From IMG/VR virus record IMGVR_UViG_3300045988_070374: 59,351 bases of DNA; one strand, given 5' to 3'. Origin of the DNA: a virus. A program made the position numbers and the translations under genes. Shown piece by piece: positions 8,197-16,984 of this stretch; the first letter of the stretch is position 1, and each line of letters begins with the position of its first letter. The notes below the pieces were generated by a model, which searched no databases, was not told the origin of the DNA, and saw only the letters and a program-made list of their open reading frames with translations.

Positions 8197-9041
8197 TGCT
8201 CGTTCTCCCCAACATCCTTAAACATGATTTCCTTGTCGGTTTTCCAGTCTTTGATTTTGCACGGAATGTCCGTGCCGGGTACGGTCTTTTTCAGCCCATC
8301 CATCTGCCAGACGTTCCACGAGATGACATCTGCAATGGCATCAATCAGCACCGGCGACATACGGTGATTCTCAATCTCATTTCCGAACAGCGAGCGAAAA
8401 TTCTCCATCAGCGTGAGGAATAAATTGCACCGTGCCAGAAGTAAGTTGTCTCCTTGCCACTCGTAGCCGTATGTACTCATGTAAGCGTTCATGGCGTAGT
8501 TGAGCCAAAGGCTGTAATCCCAAACTTTCGGGTCTTTGAAGTGTTCCTTTGTTATGGCATTCAGTTTCCTATCCAGCAGACCGATTCTGTCCGGCACGGC
8601 AATCATCTGCCCTGTTGTGGTATCGTATCGGCTTGTAAGGAACGGCGCTTCTCCACAGGTTACTTCAAGGCAAGTCTTGTTGATGTACTCCTTCCAGTCC
8701 TCGCCCACTAAGTCCTTCTCTGCAACGTCTGCCATCTTCTTGCAAACCCAAGTCGGTGTAAACACCTCTGCTTTCTTGCTGGTGCGCTTCTTCTGGTCTG
8801 CAAGCCGTTTCTGCACACGAGGAACGAGCCGAACCTTGTCTAGCTTTTCCAGCGTGATTTCATCTGCAAAGCCCACGCCCAGTTCAGGCGGCGGGTCTGT
8901 CGCCCAGATGATGTTCTTACCTGTCGTGTGGTCTTGCAAGAGGACAGGCAGGAATGTGCGTAGGGATGGGTCGGAGAAGTCAATCAACTGGGTCATGGGC
9001 GTATCCATTGGGGTTGCTTCATTCTTTGGTTTCTTTCCCAT
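8193..9041 (-). CDS. Methylase / restriction-subunit-M-like protein
   Basis: EVFTPTWVCKKMADV, NKTCLEVTCGEAPFLTSRYD. Confidence 0.55.
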   Translation of the reverse strand: MGKKPKNEATPMDTPMTQLIDFSDPSLRTFLPVLLQDHTTGKNIIWATDPPPELGVGFADEITLEKLDKVRLVPRVQKRLADQKKRTSKKAEVFTPTWVCKKMADVAEKDLVGEDWKEYINKTCLEVTCGEAPFLTSRYDTTTGQMIAVPDRIGLLDRKLNAITKEHFKDPKVWDYSLWLNYAMNAYMSTYGYEWQGDNLLLARCNLFLTLMENFRSLFGNEIENHRMSPVLIDAIADVISWNVWQMDGLKKTVPGTDIPCKIKDWKTDKEIMFKDVGENEQ

Positions 9042-9553
9042 TCCATTTCTCTCCAAAAGACGCTTATGCGCTTTTTCTGTTCGATTTGTGATAGCCGGAA
9101 GCCCTCTGACTGTCTGCATTTTGTGATGGCAACAATGCGGCTTGCATAGTGCTTTGGACAGCAACGCTTGCCGGGAATTGGCGGTTCGTCACAGTAAGCA
9201 CAAGTGCCAGACGTCCTTCTGTATTCCTTGCTGTTTCTTGCTCTCTTTTGAGCATCCTTTGTTCGGCACTCGATACAAGAACGATAGCCTTTTGACATCG
9301 GACGTTTCAGGCAAATGATGCAAATTCCTTGCGCAACCAGCCTTTTGCGCTTTTCACGTTGTCGCTCATTGCGTTTTTGCAGATACGCAGCTTTTGTTTC
9401 GCCTGAAAGGTTTTCGTATGCTTGCGTGTGCCTTTCGAGGTCTTTTGCCAAACACTCCGCACACGATACTCTGCCCGGCATTGCATCGTTCTGACCGCAA
9501 TGGATGCAAATGTGATGTTCTTTATACATTTGCCGTAACGCTTTGCTGCTCAT
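8993..9553 (-). CDS. Multi-CxxC zinc-finger protein
   Basis: CIHCGQN..CAEC, CIICLKR..CIEC, CAYCDEP..CC. Confidence 0.65.
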   Translation of the reverse strand: MSSKALRQMYKEHHICIHCGQNDAMPGRVSCAECLAKDLERHTQAYENLSGETKAAYLQKRNERQREKRKRLVAQGICIICLKRPMSKGYRSCIECRTKDAQKRARNSKEYRRTSGTCAYCDEPPIPGKRCCPKHYASRIVAITKCRQSEGFRLSQIEQKKRISVFWREMEWERNQRMKQPQWIRP

Positions 9554-9780
9554 TTCACTATTACATGCTCCGTCGCGTAATCGCCATAACAGTTGCACTT
9601 AAGCCATTTGTATTTTGACGAACCTTCCGCAAAATCGAACTTCCATTTTTGGATTCTTTTGATACGTCCACAAACCGTACATCGGACTTTGATTATTTGT
9701 TTGTCTTTGTAAGGCTCAAAGGATATTTCGGTGAGTTCGCATATAAGTTTTCCGTCTTTCGTAAAAAGAAATCCGTTCAT
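9550..9780 (-). CDS. Hypothetical CxxC protein
   Basis: VRCTVCGRIKRIQKW..LKCNC. Confidence 0.6.
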   Translation of the reverse strand: MNGFLFTKDGKLICELTEISFEPYKDKQIIKVRCTVCGRIKRIQKWKFDFAEGSSKYKWLKCNCYGDYATEHVIVK

Positions 9781-10529
9781 TCCTCTTTTACCTCTCTGTA
9801 CTCCACGTCAATCCCTTTCGGCAAAGCCGTCTGGTACTTCTGAGCTAACTGCTCTGCGCTCTGGGCATCACCCAACGGCTGTTCAGGCGGCGCAACGGTG
9901 ACTTCAACGTTGTCACGCATACCAAAGTAGTTCTTGGCTCGGAAAATCCACTCTGCCGGGTTCTCCTGACCGTACATACCGTTGTACGCCCACATGGACT
10001 GCATTTGCAGGATCAGTTTCAGGATGTATTTCTGTTGCAAGCTGTCGTCACGGCGTTTGCCCGCCATAATCTGCTTCAGGCTCACCCATTCGATGCCCAG
10101 CACCAGTGCAATCCATTCGACCACAGGGGATATTCTAGCTTCGATGCAAGCGTCAAAAAAGAAGTCAAGGCGTTGCTGTACTTCAATCGGGTTGTTCATG
10201 TCCACGCTCGGAAGGTCACCAAAATACTTGGCTGCAATCATTCCGATAACCTTCTTGTCCTCTTCATCACCGATTCTTGACTGCAAATCGCCTATGTTCA
10301 GCATCTTAGACCTCGTGATCGCTAACTCTTGCTGTTCTTTCACCTTTTTACTCACCTGTGAGCGGATAGATTTCCGCTTGTTAAGCATCTGTTGTTTCTT
10401 TTTCTCGCGTTCTTTCTCACGCTTCGCAGCGGCTTCTTCTTTCGCCTTTTGCGCCCGCTTTTCACGCTTTTTCTTTTCAGCTTCGGTCAGCGGCGGTCTG
10501 CCACGACCACGCTTCGGGGGTGTTGCCAT
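9777..10529 (-). CDS. Terminase small-subunit-like (gp3-type DNA packaging) candidate
   Basis: GRPPLTEAEKK coiled N-terminus; C-terminal PAEWIFRAKNYFGMRDNVEV. Confidence 0.45.
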   Translation of the reverse strand: MATPPKRGRGRPPLTEAEKKKREKRAQKAKEEAAAKREKEREKKKQQMLNKRKSIRSQVSKKVKEQQELAITRSKMLNIGDLQSRIGDEEDKKVIGMIAAKYFGDLPSVDMNNPIEVQQRLDFFFDACIEARISPVVEWIALVLGIEWVSLKQIMAGKRRDDSLQQKYILKLILQMQSMWAYNGMYGQENPAEWIFRAKNYFGMRDNVEVTVAPPEQPLGDAQSAEQLAQKYQTALPKGIDVEYREVKEE

Positions 10530-10532
10530 GTA

Positions 10533-10742
10533 TCAGACCTCCTTCGGTGGCTTTGGGAGCGGCATCCAATGGGTGACATTTTCAAAAGGCCCGCATTCCC
10601 TTGCTTCACACCAATAGCCGCTAGAACAAAAAAATGCAACCCAAATTCCAGCCTTTTTATCGTAAGCGAGAACATAATCGCTCATGTAATCGTCCTTCGG
10701 AACATCAGGAAGTCTATCTTCAACACTAATCCATTCGTTCAC
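10533..10742 (-). CDS. DUF551 protein
   Basis: WISVEDRLPDVPKDD...VTHWMPLPKPPKEV. Confidence 0.8.
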   Translation of the reverse strand: MNEWISVEDRLPDVPKDDYMSDYVLAYDKKAGIWVAFFCSSGYWCEARECGPFENVTHWMPLPKPPKEV

Positions 10743-10746
10743 GTTC

Positions 10747-10917
10747 TCACCTCTTCATCTTCATTTCGATGTTGTCCAGTTTCCGTGCAATCCACCAGAC
10801 GGAACAGCAGTTGTCCAACTGCCGCCACCAAGCGCACTTTTCTTTTTCGCAGACGCACCGACCAAGCGGATTGCTAGTCATCTTCATCGGGCAGTAAAGT
10901 TCGTTGTCCATCATCAT
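10747..10917 (-). CDS. Small Cys/Trp-rich protein (56 aa)
   Basis: MMMDNELYCPMKMTSNPLGRCVCEKEKCAWWRQLDNCCSVWW... Confidence 0.5.
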   Translation of the reverse strand: MMMDNELYCPMKMTSNPLGRCVCEKEKCAWWRQLDNCCSVWWIARKLDNIEMKMKR

Positions 10918-11091
10918 TTACCTCAACCAAATAATTAGCGCAAATACAGTTGAAAGCACCATACTTGCCAGAATACATACCATTAGCAACCAATCGTCAT
11001 CATGCCAATCTATTCTGGTTGTCATATAGGCAGAAATCATAATCAGTGCAACAAGTGGCAAGCAAAGTGCTTTCAAAATGATGTTCGCCAT
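10918..11091 (-). CDS. Small membrane protein
   Basis: MANIILKALCLPLVALIMISAYMTTRIDWHDDDW... Confidence 0.5.
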   Translation of the reverse strand: MANIILKALCLPLVALIMISAYMTTRIDWHDDDWLLMVCILASMVLSTVFALIIWLR

Positions 11092-11093
11092 TT

Positions 11094-11276
11094 TTATTTC
11101 CACCCCATCACAACAGCCGTACAAACGGCTAGACACACGTTGACGAACAGCCAGACAAGCATTGCCTGACGCTCTTCAAACAGGTCGTCTGCCATGTTTT
11201 TGATTGTCCGTTCGGACTGAACCACTACCGCCAGCAGGACTAGGCAGACCAGCCAACGGGTTACAAATTCAAACAT
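11094..11276 (-). CDS. Small membrane protein
   Basis: ORF with two hydrophobic stretches. Confidence 0.5.
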   Translation of the reverse strand: MFEFVTRWLVCLVLLAVVVQSERTIKNMADDLFEERQAMLVWLFVNVCLAVCTAVVMGWK

Positions 11277-12159
11277 TGTTATCCTCCATCAAATCGTCCA
11301 TGCTTAACTGACCACTGACGTTGTCATCTTCCATCCACCAGCGGAACACGTCCATGCCGGTCTGCCAGTCGCACGGCAAACCTTTTGATTTTCTGACATC
11401 AAGCATTCGTTCAAACGCTGAAATGTACATTTTTTCGTAGGCAGGCCAGCGCACAAACTCGCGCTGTCTGCCCCCCCTACCGGCCATTGGACAACCGATG
11501 CAACCAACACGCTTCTGCCCTTCGCAATACAACGGATTGATAGGCAAGTGTTCGCTGTGCGTGTAGTCCCACACATCATCGTCAGACCAGTCCACAATAG
11601 GATTGACAGTCATCTTGCCTTTAAGGTTGCAGGTCTCGAACAGTTGCCGTTTTTCATCGTTGTCGCCCATAAGAATGATGCGTTTTTCCTTGTCACGATG
11701 GCTAAACTCCATCGTCCCACGGTTTTTCTTTCTGTTTGTTGATTCAGCCCAGCGAACGCCGGTAGCGATAAATCTATCGCGGCCAGTATTTTCTTTGAGA
11801 ACGGCACAGCAATACCGCACAAGTCTTGTCGGCGGCATCAGCTTTTGCGGAATCAGCGTCCACATGGACACGGGTTTGTCCTTGTATCGTGGCATGACGA
11901 TGGAGCATTTGATTCCACGTTGTTCCATCGCCTTGAACTGCTCACGGATGAAATAGACCGTCTCCGGCGCATCTGCTGTGGTATGGCTGTTGACCACCTC
12001 GAAGTTGATTCCTGCACGTTCAGCCAGAGCCACAAGCACCTGTGAATCCTTGCCGCCAGAGTATGTGACCATGAGCGGTTTCTTGTACCGATGCTCGGAT
12101 AGCCGTGCAGCGTCCTGCAACCGTGCAATGGCAAGCTGTTCCTTATCCATCAGCTCCAC
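11269..12159 (-). CDS. Phosphoadenosine phosphosulfate (PAPS) reductase family protein
   Basis: PLMVTYSGGKDSQVLVALAERAG (PP-loop), CIGCPMAG. Confidence 0.85.
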   Translation of the reverse strand: MELMDKEQLAIARLQDAARLSEHRYKKPLMVTYSGGKDSQVLVALAERAGINFEVVNSHTTADAPETVYFIREQFKAMEQRGIKCSIVMPRYKDKPVSMWTLIPQKLMPPTRLVRYCCAVLKENTGRDRFIATGVRWAESTNRKKNRGTMEFSHRDKEKRIILMGDNDEKRQLFETCNLKGKMTVNPIVDWSDDDVWDYTHSEHLPINPLYCEGQKRVGCIGCPMAGRGGRQREFVRWPAYEKMYISAFERMLDVRKSKGLPCDWQTGMDVFRWWMEDDNVSGQLSMDDLMEDNNV

Positions 12160-12473
12160 CTTTCTCTCAGCTCTTTTTCGACCTGTTCTGACTTTGCGGT
12201 AATGTAATCCGCAAACTCATCAGGGGTCATGTCCTCTTCTTTGAACTTGCCAACCATCTCCCAGTACCTGTCGCCAATGCGGATGATTTTCTGCACCTGT
12301 TCATCGGTCAGGTCTGCATCACACCGAAGGTTTTGAATTAGTGCGCCCCATGTAGCAGTGATGCCATCCAGAGCCATACGAAAGCCGTACAACTGGTTCT
12401 GCCTGACGATTTTGCGGAGGTTGGTTGACATCGCCTGTTTGCCAGAAGAGGGACGGTTTCTGCGCTTATTCAT
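12150..12473 (-). CDS. Hypothetical protein
   Basis: MNKRRNRPSSGKQAMSTNLRKIV... Confidence 0.6.
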   Translation of the reverse strand: MNKRRNRPSSGKQAMSTNLRKIVRQNQLYGFRMALDGITATWGALIQNLRCDADLTDEQVQKIIRIGDRYWEMVGKFKEEDMTPDEFADYITAKSEQVEKELRERWS

Positions 12474-12774
12474 CTGACTGCTCCTTGTCTTGAAGGCGAT
12501 GGAGCCAACGGTAGTATTTTTCGCTTGCAATAATTCCAATTCGCTCATACGCTTTTCTGTCATCCAAAAAATCAAGAGTGACCATGCACACTATAACGTC
12601 TGCATATTCCTCTTCAAACGCCTTTCGGCATTCCTCCACGCTCTTCGGTGTCGGGTTCGTTCCGTCCAGCGCCCGGCGCAGCTTCAACGAAGCCTGTGCT
12701 AGTTCAGATGCTTCTTCTGCCAACTGCGCCAAGATTTCTGTCTTGGGCAGAATGTCTGAAACTTTTTTACTCAC
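12466..12774 (-). CDS. MazG-like nucleotide pyrophosphohydrolase
   Basis: QLAEEASELAQASLKLRR...EEEYADVIVCMVTL. Confidence 0.7.
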   Translation of the reverse strand: MSKKVSDILPKTEILAQLAEEASELAQASLKLRRALDGTNPTPKSVEECRKAFEEEYADVIVCMVTLDFLDDRKAYERIGIIASEKYYRWLHRLQDKEQSDE

Positions 12775-12979
12775 TTTTTTCTCCTTTCAGCCAGTCGTTC
12801 AGCTTTGCCATGCAAGAGGGGCAAAGAAAAAACGGGTCATTTGAATAGATAAAAATTTTCCTATTTTTCTTTGTAATGCACCTGCAAATAGAATTGTTTT
12901 CTACTTTTTGTGTCCGCTCACTTATGGAGAACTCTGGATATTCAAATGTTTCACCGCATCTATCGCATACCATTATCAT
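12767..12979 (-). CDS. Zinc-ribbon protein
   Basis: VCDRCGETFEYP...FLCPSCMAKLNDW. Confidence 0.6.
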   Translation of the reverse strand: MIMVCDRCGETFEYPEFSISERTQKVENNSICRCITKKNRKIFIYSNDPFFLCPSCMAKLNDWLKGEKSE

Positions 12980-13496
12980 TCTCTTTCTCCAATCTCTTTA
13001 GTAGCCCGTCCACGTCATACCGCCAATGAACACGTAGCCTTTTTGCTTTGACCTCTATCCCCTCTTGCTCTGCCCACTTCCAGGGGATGCTCTTTCGGCT
13101 CTCGTTGTAACGGAACGCCAGAACCTTGCTGACAGGGATTGCAAAGGTGCGGCTGACTGCCCTGTAATTGACTATCACATGGGCGGTCTGGCCGCTATAC
13201 CCCATCGCTTCCACCATGTCGGTGATGTGCTTTTCTTTGCGGTATTTGCACTTTGCCTTGTCGTATTTGCCGAATATCTTTTCCAAAGGGATAGAGGGCG
13301 TTTCGATGGTTTTCAGTTCAAACAGGTGGTTCATCGGGTATCGGTAAACAAGGAAATCGCAGATGTTGTCGATGGAAAAGGATAAGTTCTCGTTGCCGCC
13401 GTAGTAGGTGGCAGCACTGTCTTTCAGGCGGTAGCACCACGCATCGGATGGGACGGATGCCTTGAAGTCTGCTTCAAACTGTTTGCCGGTGTTCAT
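12960..13496 (-). CDS. recU: Holliday junction resolvase RecU-like
   Basis: MNTGKQFEADFKASVP...FLVYRYPMNHLFELKTIETPSIPLEKI. Confidence 0.8.
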   Translation of the reverse strand: MNTGKQFEADFKASVPSDAWCYRLKDSAATYYGGNENLSFSIDNICDFLVYRYPMNHLFELKTIETPSIPLEKIFGKYDKAKCKYRKEKHITDMVEAMGYSGQTAHVIVNYRAVSRTFAIPVSKVLAFRYNESRKSIPWKWAEQEGIEVKAKRLRVHWRYDVDGLLKRLEKENDNGMR

Positions 13497-13840
13497 TCAT
13501 CATCCTCCGACAATGCAGGAATCGGCATCCAATACTTCACTACACCACGTTTGTCCTCTTCATCCCACTTGCCGTTCTTAAACTCTCTTGTTGAAACGCA
13601 ACCATCCCAATTCCAAAATTTGTAAGCAACGAAATATATTCCATCTTTTGTTGGCGGTGAATCTTTTGCGCTAATCCATTTCTGTTTCGGCGTTACTGTT
13701 GGTAATTCATTCAAATGATTTAGTTCGCTTTTCCATGCTTCTAAAGACGGAAATCGGATTCCTGCCTCATCCTGCCTTGCAAGGTTAATAAGCCCGGATA
13801 GGTATATTTCCAGCGGTTCAACATCAACAAGTCTGCTCAT
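13493..13840 (-). CDS. DUF551-like protein
   Basis: WISAKDSPPTKDGIYFVAYKFWNWDG...VVKYWMPIP. Confidence 0.65.
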   Translation of the reverse strand: MSRLVDVEPLEIYLSGLINLARQDEAGIRFPSLEAWKSELNHLNELPTVTPKQKWISAKDSPPTKDGIYFVAYKFWNWDGCVSTREFKNGKWDEEDKRGVVKYWMPIPALSEDDE

Positions 13841-13858
13841 CCTCTTTCACCTCTAAAT

Positions 13859-14134
13859 TCACGGAATATAAGTTGCCTTGTCAGCAGGTTTTTCCATTTC
13901 CTTCATGATTTGCTTGTGTTCTTCAATAGTCATGTTGTTCGGGAGGAAACACCTGTCAACCATTTCAAACGGCTTAATATAATGGTCAAGAACGTCTCTT
14001 GCTTCTTCTCGTGCCTTTTCGGCGCACATTTCGATGTAATCATCTTCTGTCATGTTGTAATCGGTAATGCAATCGACCACCGAAGAAAACCGGCACAGCA
14101 GACCATTAGGTTGTCTTGCAATGAAAGCTCCCAT
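13859..14134 (-). CDS. Hypothetical protein
   Basis: ORF in operon. Confidence 0.55.
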   Translation of the reverse strand: MGAFIARQPNGLLCRFSSVVDCITDYNMTEDDYIEMCAEKAREEARDVLDHYIKPFEMVDRCFLPNNMTIEEHKQIMKEMEKPADKATYIP

Positions 14135-14350
14135 TTATCGTTCACCTCTAAATTCACTTCCGAGAAACCGTTTCTTGCCCTTTTCTCGGTGCTTATCCTC
14201 ATAATCACGGTGGTACACGCTCTGGCTGTGGTTCAGCTCATACACGAAAGCCTTGCGTTCCTCGAAGTCTTTCTTCTCTGCCTTGTACTTTTCGCAGGTG
14301 TCGTGGCAAGCTTTGTGGCGTGATGTGCAATCTTTGCAACAGGTAATCAT
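14135..14350 (-). CDS. Hypothetical Cys-rich protein
   Basis: MITCCKDCTSRHKACHDTCEKYKAEK. Confidence 0.6.
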   Translation of the reverse strand: MITCCKDCTSRHKACHDTCEKYKAEKKDFEERKAFVYELNHSQSVYHRDYEDKHREKGKKRFLGSEFRGER

Positions 14351-15888
14351 TCTTCGCCGAATCTCCTTTTTGTTACAGCCATCGGGAACTCTTCGATTTC
14401 ACTTGCCCACCGGGCGGTTCCATCGCCGTATGCTCTTTGCCAAACAAGAGGGAAACCGCCCAGGCCATCAAACAGGCTACCTAGTGTAGGCTTTTCTTTC
14501 AGGTAAGGGCGCATCTTCTGTACCAACCAGAACCACTGCGGCAGGGCTATGGAGTTGCCAAGAGCCTTGTACCGTGGGCTGTCAGCGTATTTGTGCTTCT
14601 TTCCTTTGCTATCCGTCCAGTCACCAATGTCGGTGTATCCGTCCGGGTAGCCTTGTAACCGTTCGCACTCAACAGGGGTCAAGCGGCGAACAATCCAGCG
14701 GATGGCTTTCTCTGCGATCAGGCATTCGCTGCCATTGCCGATGTTCCCCGCTTTTGCTTTCAAGGTTGAGCATTTGTCGCTTTCTTTGTAACTGCTGAAC
14801 GACTGTTCGTTGAAGGTCTTTCGTTCGATAGCGATAGCCGTGTAATCTGTGATTCTGTTTTCGTGGTCGCCTGTTATGGTTGGACAAGTTCTGCCGTCAC
14901 CATTTCCACGCGCATCAAAGACCTTATACGCTACTGCTGGACGGTCAACAGTGTTCAGCGTGTAGCTCTGGTTTTCCTTCACGCCGGAACCATTTGCGCC
15001 GGCCGTTTCAGAACGATCAATAATGTTTCCGGCAATGCAATAACACACGCCGTGTTCATGATTTGCCTGCAACGTATATGCTGGGTCACCATCTTCGCCA
15101 ATCCCAAGCCCAGTGCGCTCTCCCATGGAAATATACCGTGTCGCTATCTGTGTATTTATTGGGATTGCTTCCGTTACACGAACCGGTTGAAACACAGTTT
15201 GGTCTTGCAACGTTGAAAGTGTTCCCACTTTTTCCGTCTGTACCAATGCTCCCTTTCCGCCGCCAGCACATCCACCTCTAATTTTCAGCGTGTAGGCGTT
15301 TTGCCCCACCACTCGATCATTTCCAGCAGTGCCATTTGCAGCAAGTCCGGCAACTTCTTTCCACGCCTTGATGCACGAGTCATGATTCCTTGACACGCCC
15401 GTGCGCTCAAATAGTATTTCTGCGGCACGTTGACCTCCAAAATCTGCGACAAGAGCGATACGCTTTCTTCTTTGGGGGACTCCCCAATATTGAGCGTCAA
15501 GCTGTCGCCAAGACAGAGACCATCCGTTTCCTGCAATTGCTCCGGCTTTGTTCCATCTGCCCCCCTTCGGAGGTCTAGGAATTGAAGCGTCTGGTTGTTC
15601 CACGCGGGCAAGTTCTTCCAGCACGGCTCTGAAATCTTCTCCTCCGTTGGAGCTGAATGCTCCGGGTACGTTTTCCCAAACAGCGAAAGTTGGATACAGT
15701 CCATTTGTGCTTGACCTCATTTCTTTTATGATTCGAACCGCTTCCATGAACAGCCCTGAGCGTTCTCCGGCAAGTCCCGCCCTGCGTCCAGCAATGGACA
15801 AATCCTGACATGGGCTTCCGAACGTGATGCAGTCCACAGGCTCTATCTTGTCGCCGTGAATCTTTGTGATGTCGCCCAAGTGCTTCAT
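14347..15888 (-). CDS. DNA (cytosine-5) methyltransferase with circularly permuted motif order
   Basis: N-terminal MKHLGDITKI..CITFGSPCQDLS; ALGNSIALPQWFW; motif I LGSLFDGLGGFPLVW...ASEIEEFPMAVTKRRF at the C-terminus. Confidence 0.92.
   Translation of the reverse strand: MKHLGDITKIHGDKIEPVDCITFGSPCQDLSIAGRRAGLAGERSGLFMEAVRIIKEMRSSTNGLYPTFAVWENVPGAFSSNGGEDFRAVLEELARVEQPDASIPRPPKGGRWNKAGAIAGNGWSLSWRQLDAQYWGVPQRRKRIALVADFGGQRAAEILFERTGVSRNHDSCIKAWKEVAGLAANGTAGNDRVVGQNAYTLKIRGGCAGGGKGALVQTEKVGTLSTLQDQTVFQPVRVTEAIPINTQIATRYISMGERTGLGIGEDGDPAYTLQANHEHGVCYCIAGNIIDRSETAGANGSGVKENQSYTLNTVDRPAVAYKVFDARGNGDGRTCPTITGDHENRITDYTAIAIERKTFNEQSFSSYKESDKCSTLKAKAGNIGNGSECLIAEKAIRWIVRRLTPVECERLQGYPDGYTDIGDWTDSKGKKHKYADSPRYKALGNSIALPQWFWLVQKMRPYLKEKPTLGSLFDGLGGFPLVWQRAYGDGTARWASEIEEFPMAVTKRRFGEE
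15285..15704 (-). CDS. Nested out-of-frame ORF within the methyltransferase gene (139 aa)
   Basis: MDCIQLSLFGKTYPEHSAPTEEK...VPQKYYLSARACQGIMTRASRRGKKLPDLL; resembles a protein commonly annotated inside such genes (recall). Confidence 0.45.
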   Translation of the reverse strand: MDCIQLSLFGKTYPEHSAPTEEKISEPCWKNLPAWNNQTLQFLDLRRGADGTKPEQLQETDGLCLGDSLTLNIGESPKEESVSLLSQILEVNVPQKYYLSARACQGIMTRASRRGKKLPDLLQMALLEMIEWWGKTPTR

Positions 15889-15955
15889 TTTTCCAAACGC
15901 CCGTCCAGCCAGATAGCGCAGCTCTTATATAAGGTAGGCGGTCAGGGTTTATGTC

Positions 15956-16372
15956 CTAAAAGGGCAAATCCGATGAATCGTCAATCACAGAGAAGTCATC
16001 TGCGTTGCCCTGCGAATAGTTCTGTGGTGCATCCTGCGCCCGATCAGCGGGCTTGCTGTCCGATTTGCCACCGCAGAAGTCAACCTTGTTCGCCATGATT
16101 TCCGTTGCGGTGCGGTTGTTCCCCTGCTTGTCGGTATACTTCCGGGTCTGGATGCTACCAGTCACCAGAATCAGGCTGCCCTTCTGGAACCACTTGGAAA
16201 CGAACAGCGCCGTATTACCAAATGCAGTGCAGTTGAAGAAGTCGGTTTCCTTCTGACCGCCACTCTGACGGTCACAAGCAATGCTGAACGTGCAAACATC
16301 CTTGCCGGACTTCGTAACCTTAGCTTCTGGCGTGTGAACCAGACGACCCTGAATTGCGATAGAGTTGAGCAT
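15956..16372 (-). CDS. ssb: Single-stranded DNA-binding protein
   Basis: MLNSIAIQGRLVHTPEAKVTKSGKDVCTFSIACDR...FFNCTAFGNTALFVSKWFQKGSLILVTGSIQTRKY, acidic tail DSSDLPF. Confidence 0.95.
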   Translation of the reverse strand: MLNSIAIQGRLVHTPEAKVTKSGKDVCTFSIACDRQSGGQKETDFFNCTAFGNTALFVSKWFQKGSLILVTGSIQTRKYTDKQGNNRTATEIMANKVDFCGGKSDSKPADRAQDAPQNYSQGNADDFSVIDDSSDLPF

Positions 16373-16375
16373 TGT

Positions 16376-16984
16376 TTAGCCCTCCTTTGGCTGTTTCTGA
16401 GCGCATTCCCAACACAGGACGCGTCCAAAGCGTTTCTTTGTGTTTCTTGCAGTTTCCAGCGGAGTGACGGTGCGGTTGTTGTACTGAATAGGCTGCAACT
16501 GCTTTCCGCAGCAAGCGCATGGGGGGATGGTTTCCGCTTCCGTTTGCTTCTGCGCATGCTTGTTTGCCCTGCTTGTGGTCCGCTTCTGGTACTCGTCCGT
16601 GTCAGCGTCCTTCGTATCGTCAATGCAGAACAAACCGTTCAGAGCGTACTTTCTAGCGTAGCTACTTGCAGTGCCGGTAATCTGCGAATCGTCCATGCCC
16701 TTCTTGAACTCAGGCTCACGAGCGTATGCAGTCACCGTATAGGTGGCACCATCCTGCGATTCAACCGTTGCAGTGGCTTCGATATAATGCCAGCTATCAA
16801 CGATAACAGGCTTGTCGGAAAGCCGCAGCACAAGGCTATGCGCTTTCAAGATGGGCTTGACCGCTTCGAGAATGTCCTCGCACGAGCGGTACTTGTATCC
16901 ACCGAATTTGTTCATCTGCCCCTTGGGGGCTTTCAACTCTGACTGAACAGCCATCAGAGCTTCATGGATTTTGCTGTTGTCCAT
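16376..16984 (-). CDS. erf: ERF-family single-strand annealing protein
   Basis: FGGYKYRSCEDILEAVKPILKAHSLVLRLSD...GSSYARKYALNGLFCIDD-type motif (TASSYARKYALNGLF). Confidence 0.8.
   Translation of the reverse strand: MDNSKIHEALMAVQSELKAPKGQMNKFGGYKYRSCEDILEAVKPILKAHSLVLRLSDKPVIVDSWHYIEATATVESQDGATYTVTAYAREPEFKKGMDDSQITGTASSYARKYALNGLFCIDDTKDADTDEYQKRTTSRANKHAQKQTEAETIPPCACCGKQLQPIQYNNRTVTPLETARNTKKRFGRVLCWECAQKQPKEG

Noticed and set aside
11269-12159. Full Dnd phosphorothioation system
   Set aside because: Only one PAPS-reductase-like gene seen; no DndA/B/D/E-like partners recognised.
14347-15888. Complete type II restriction-modification system
   Set aside because: No adjacent endonuclease recognised; treated as orphan methyltransferase.
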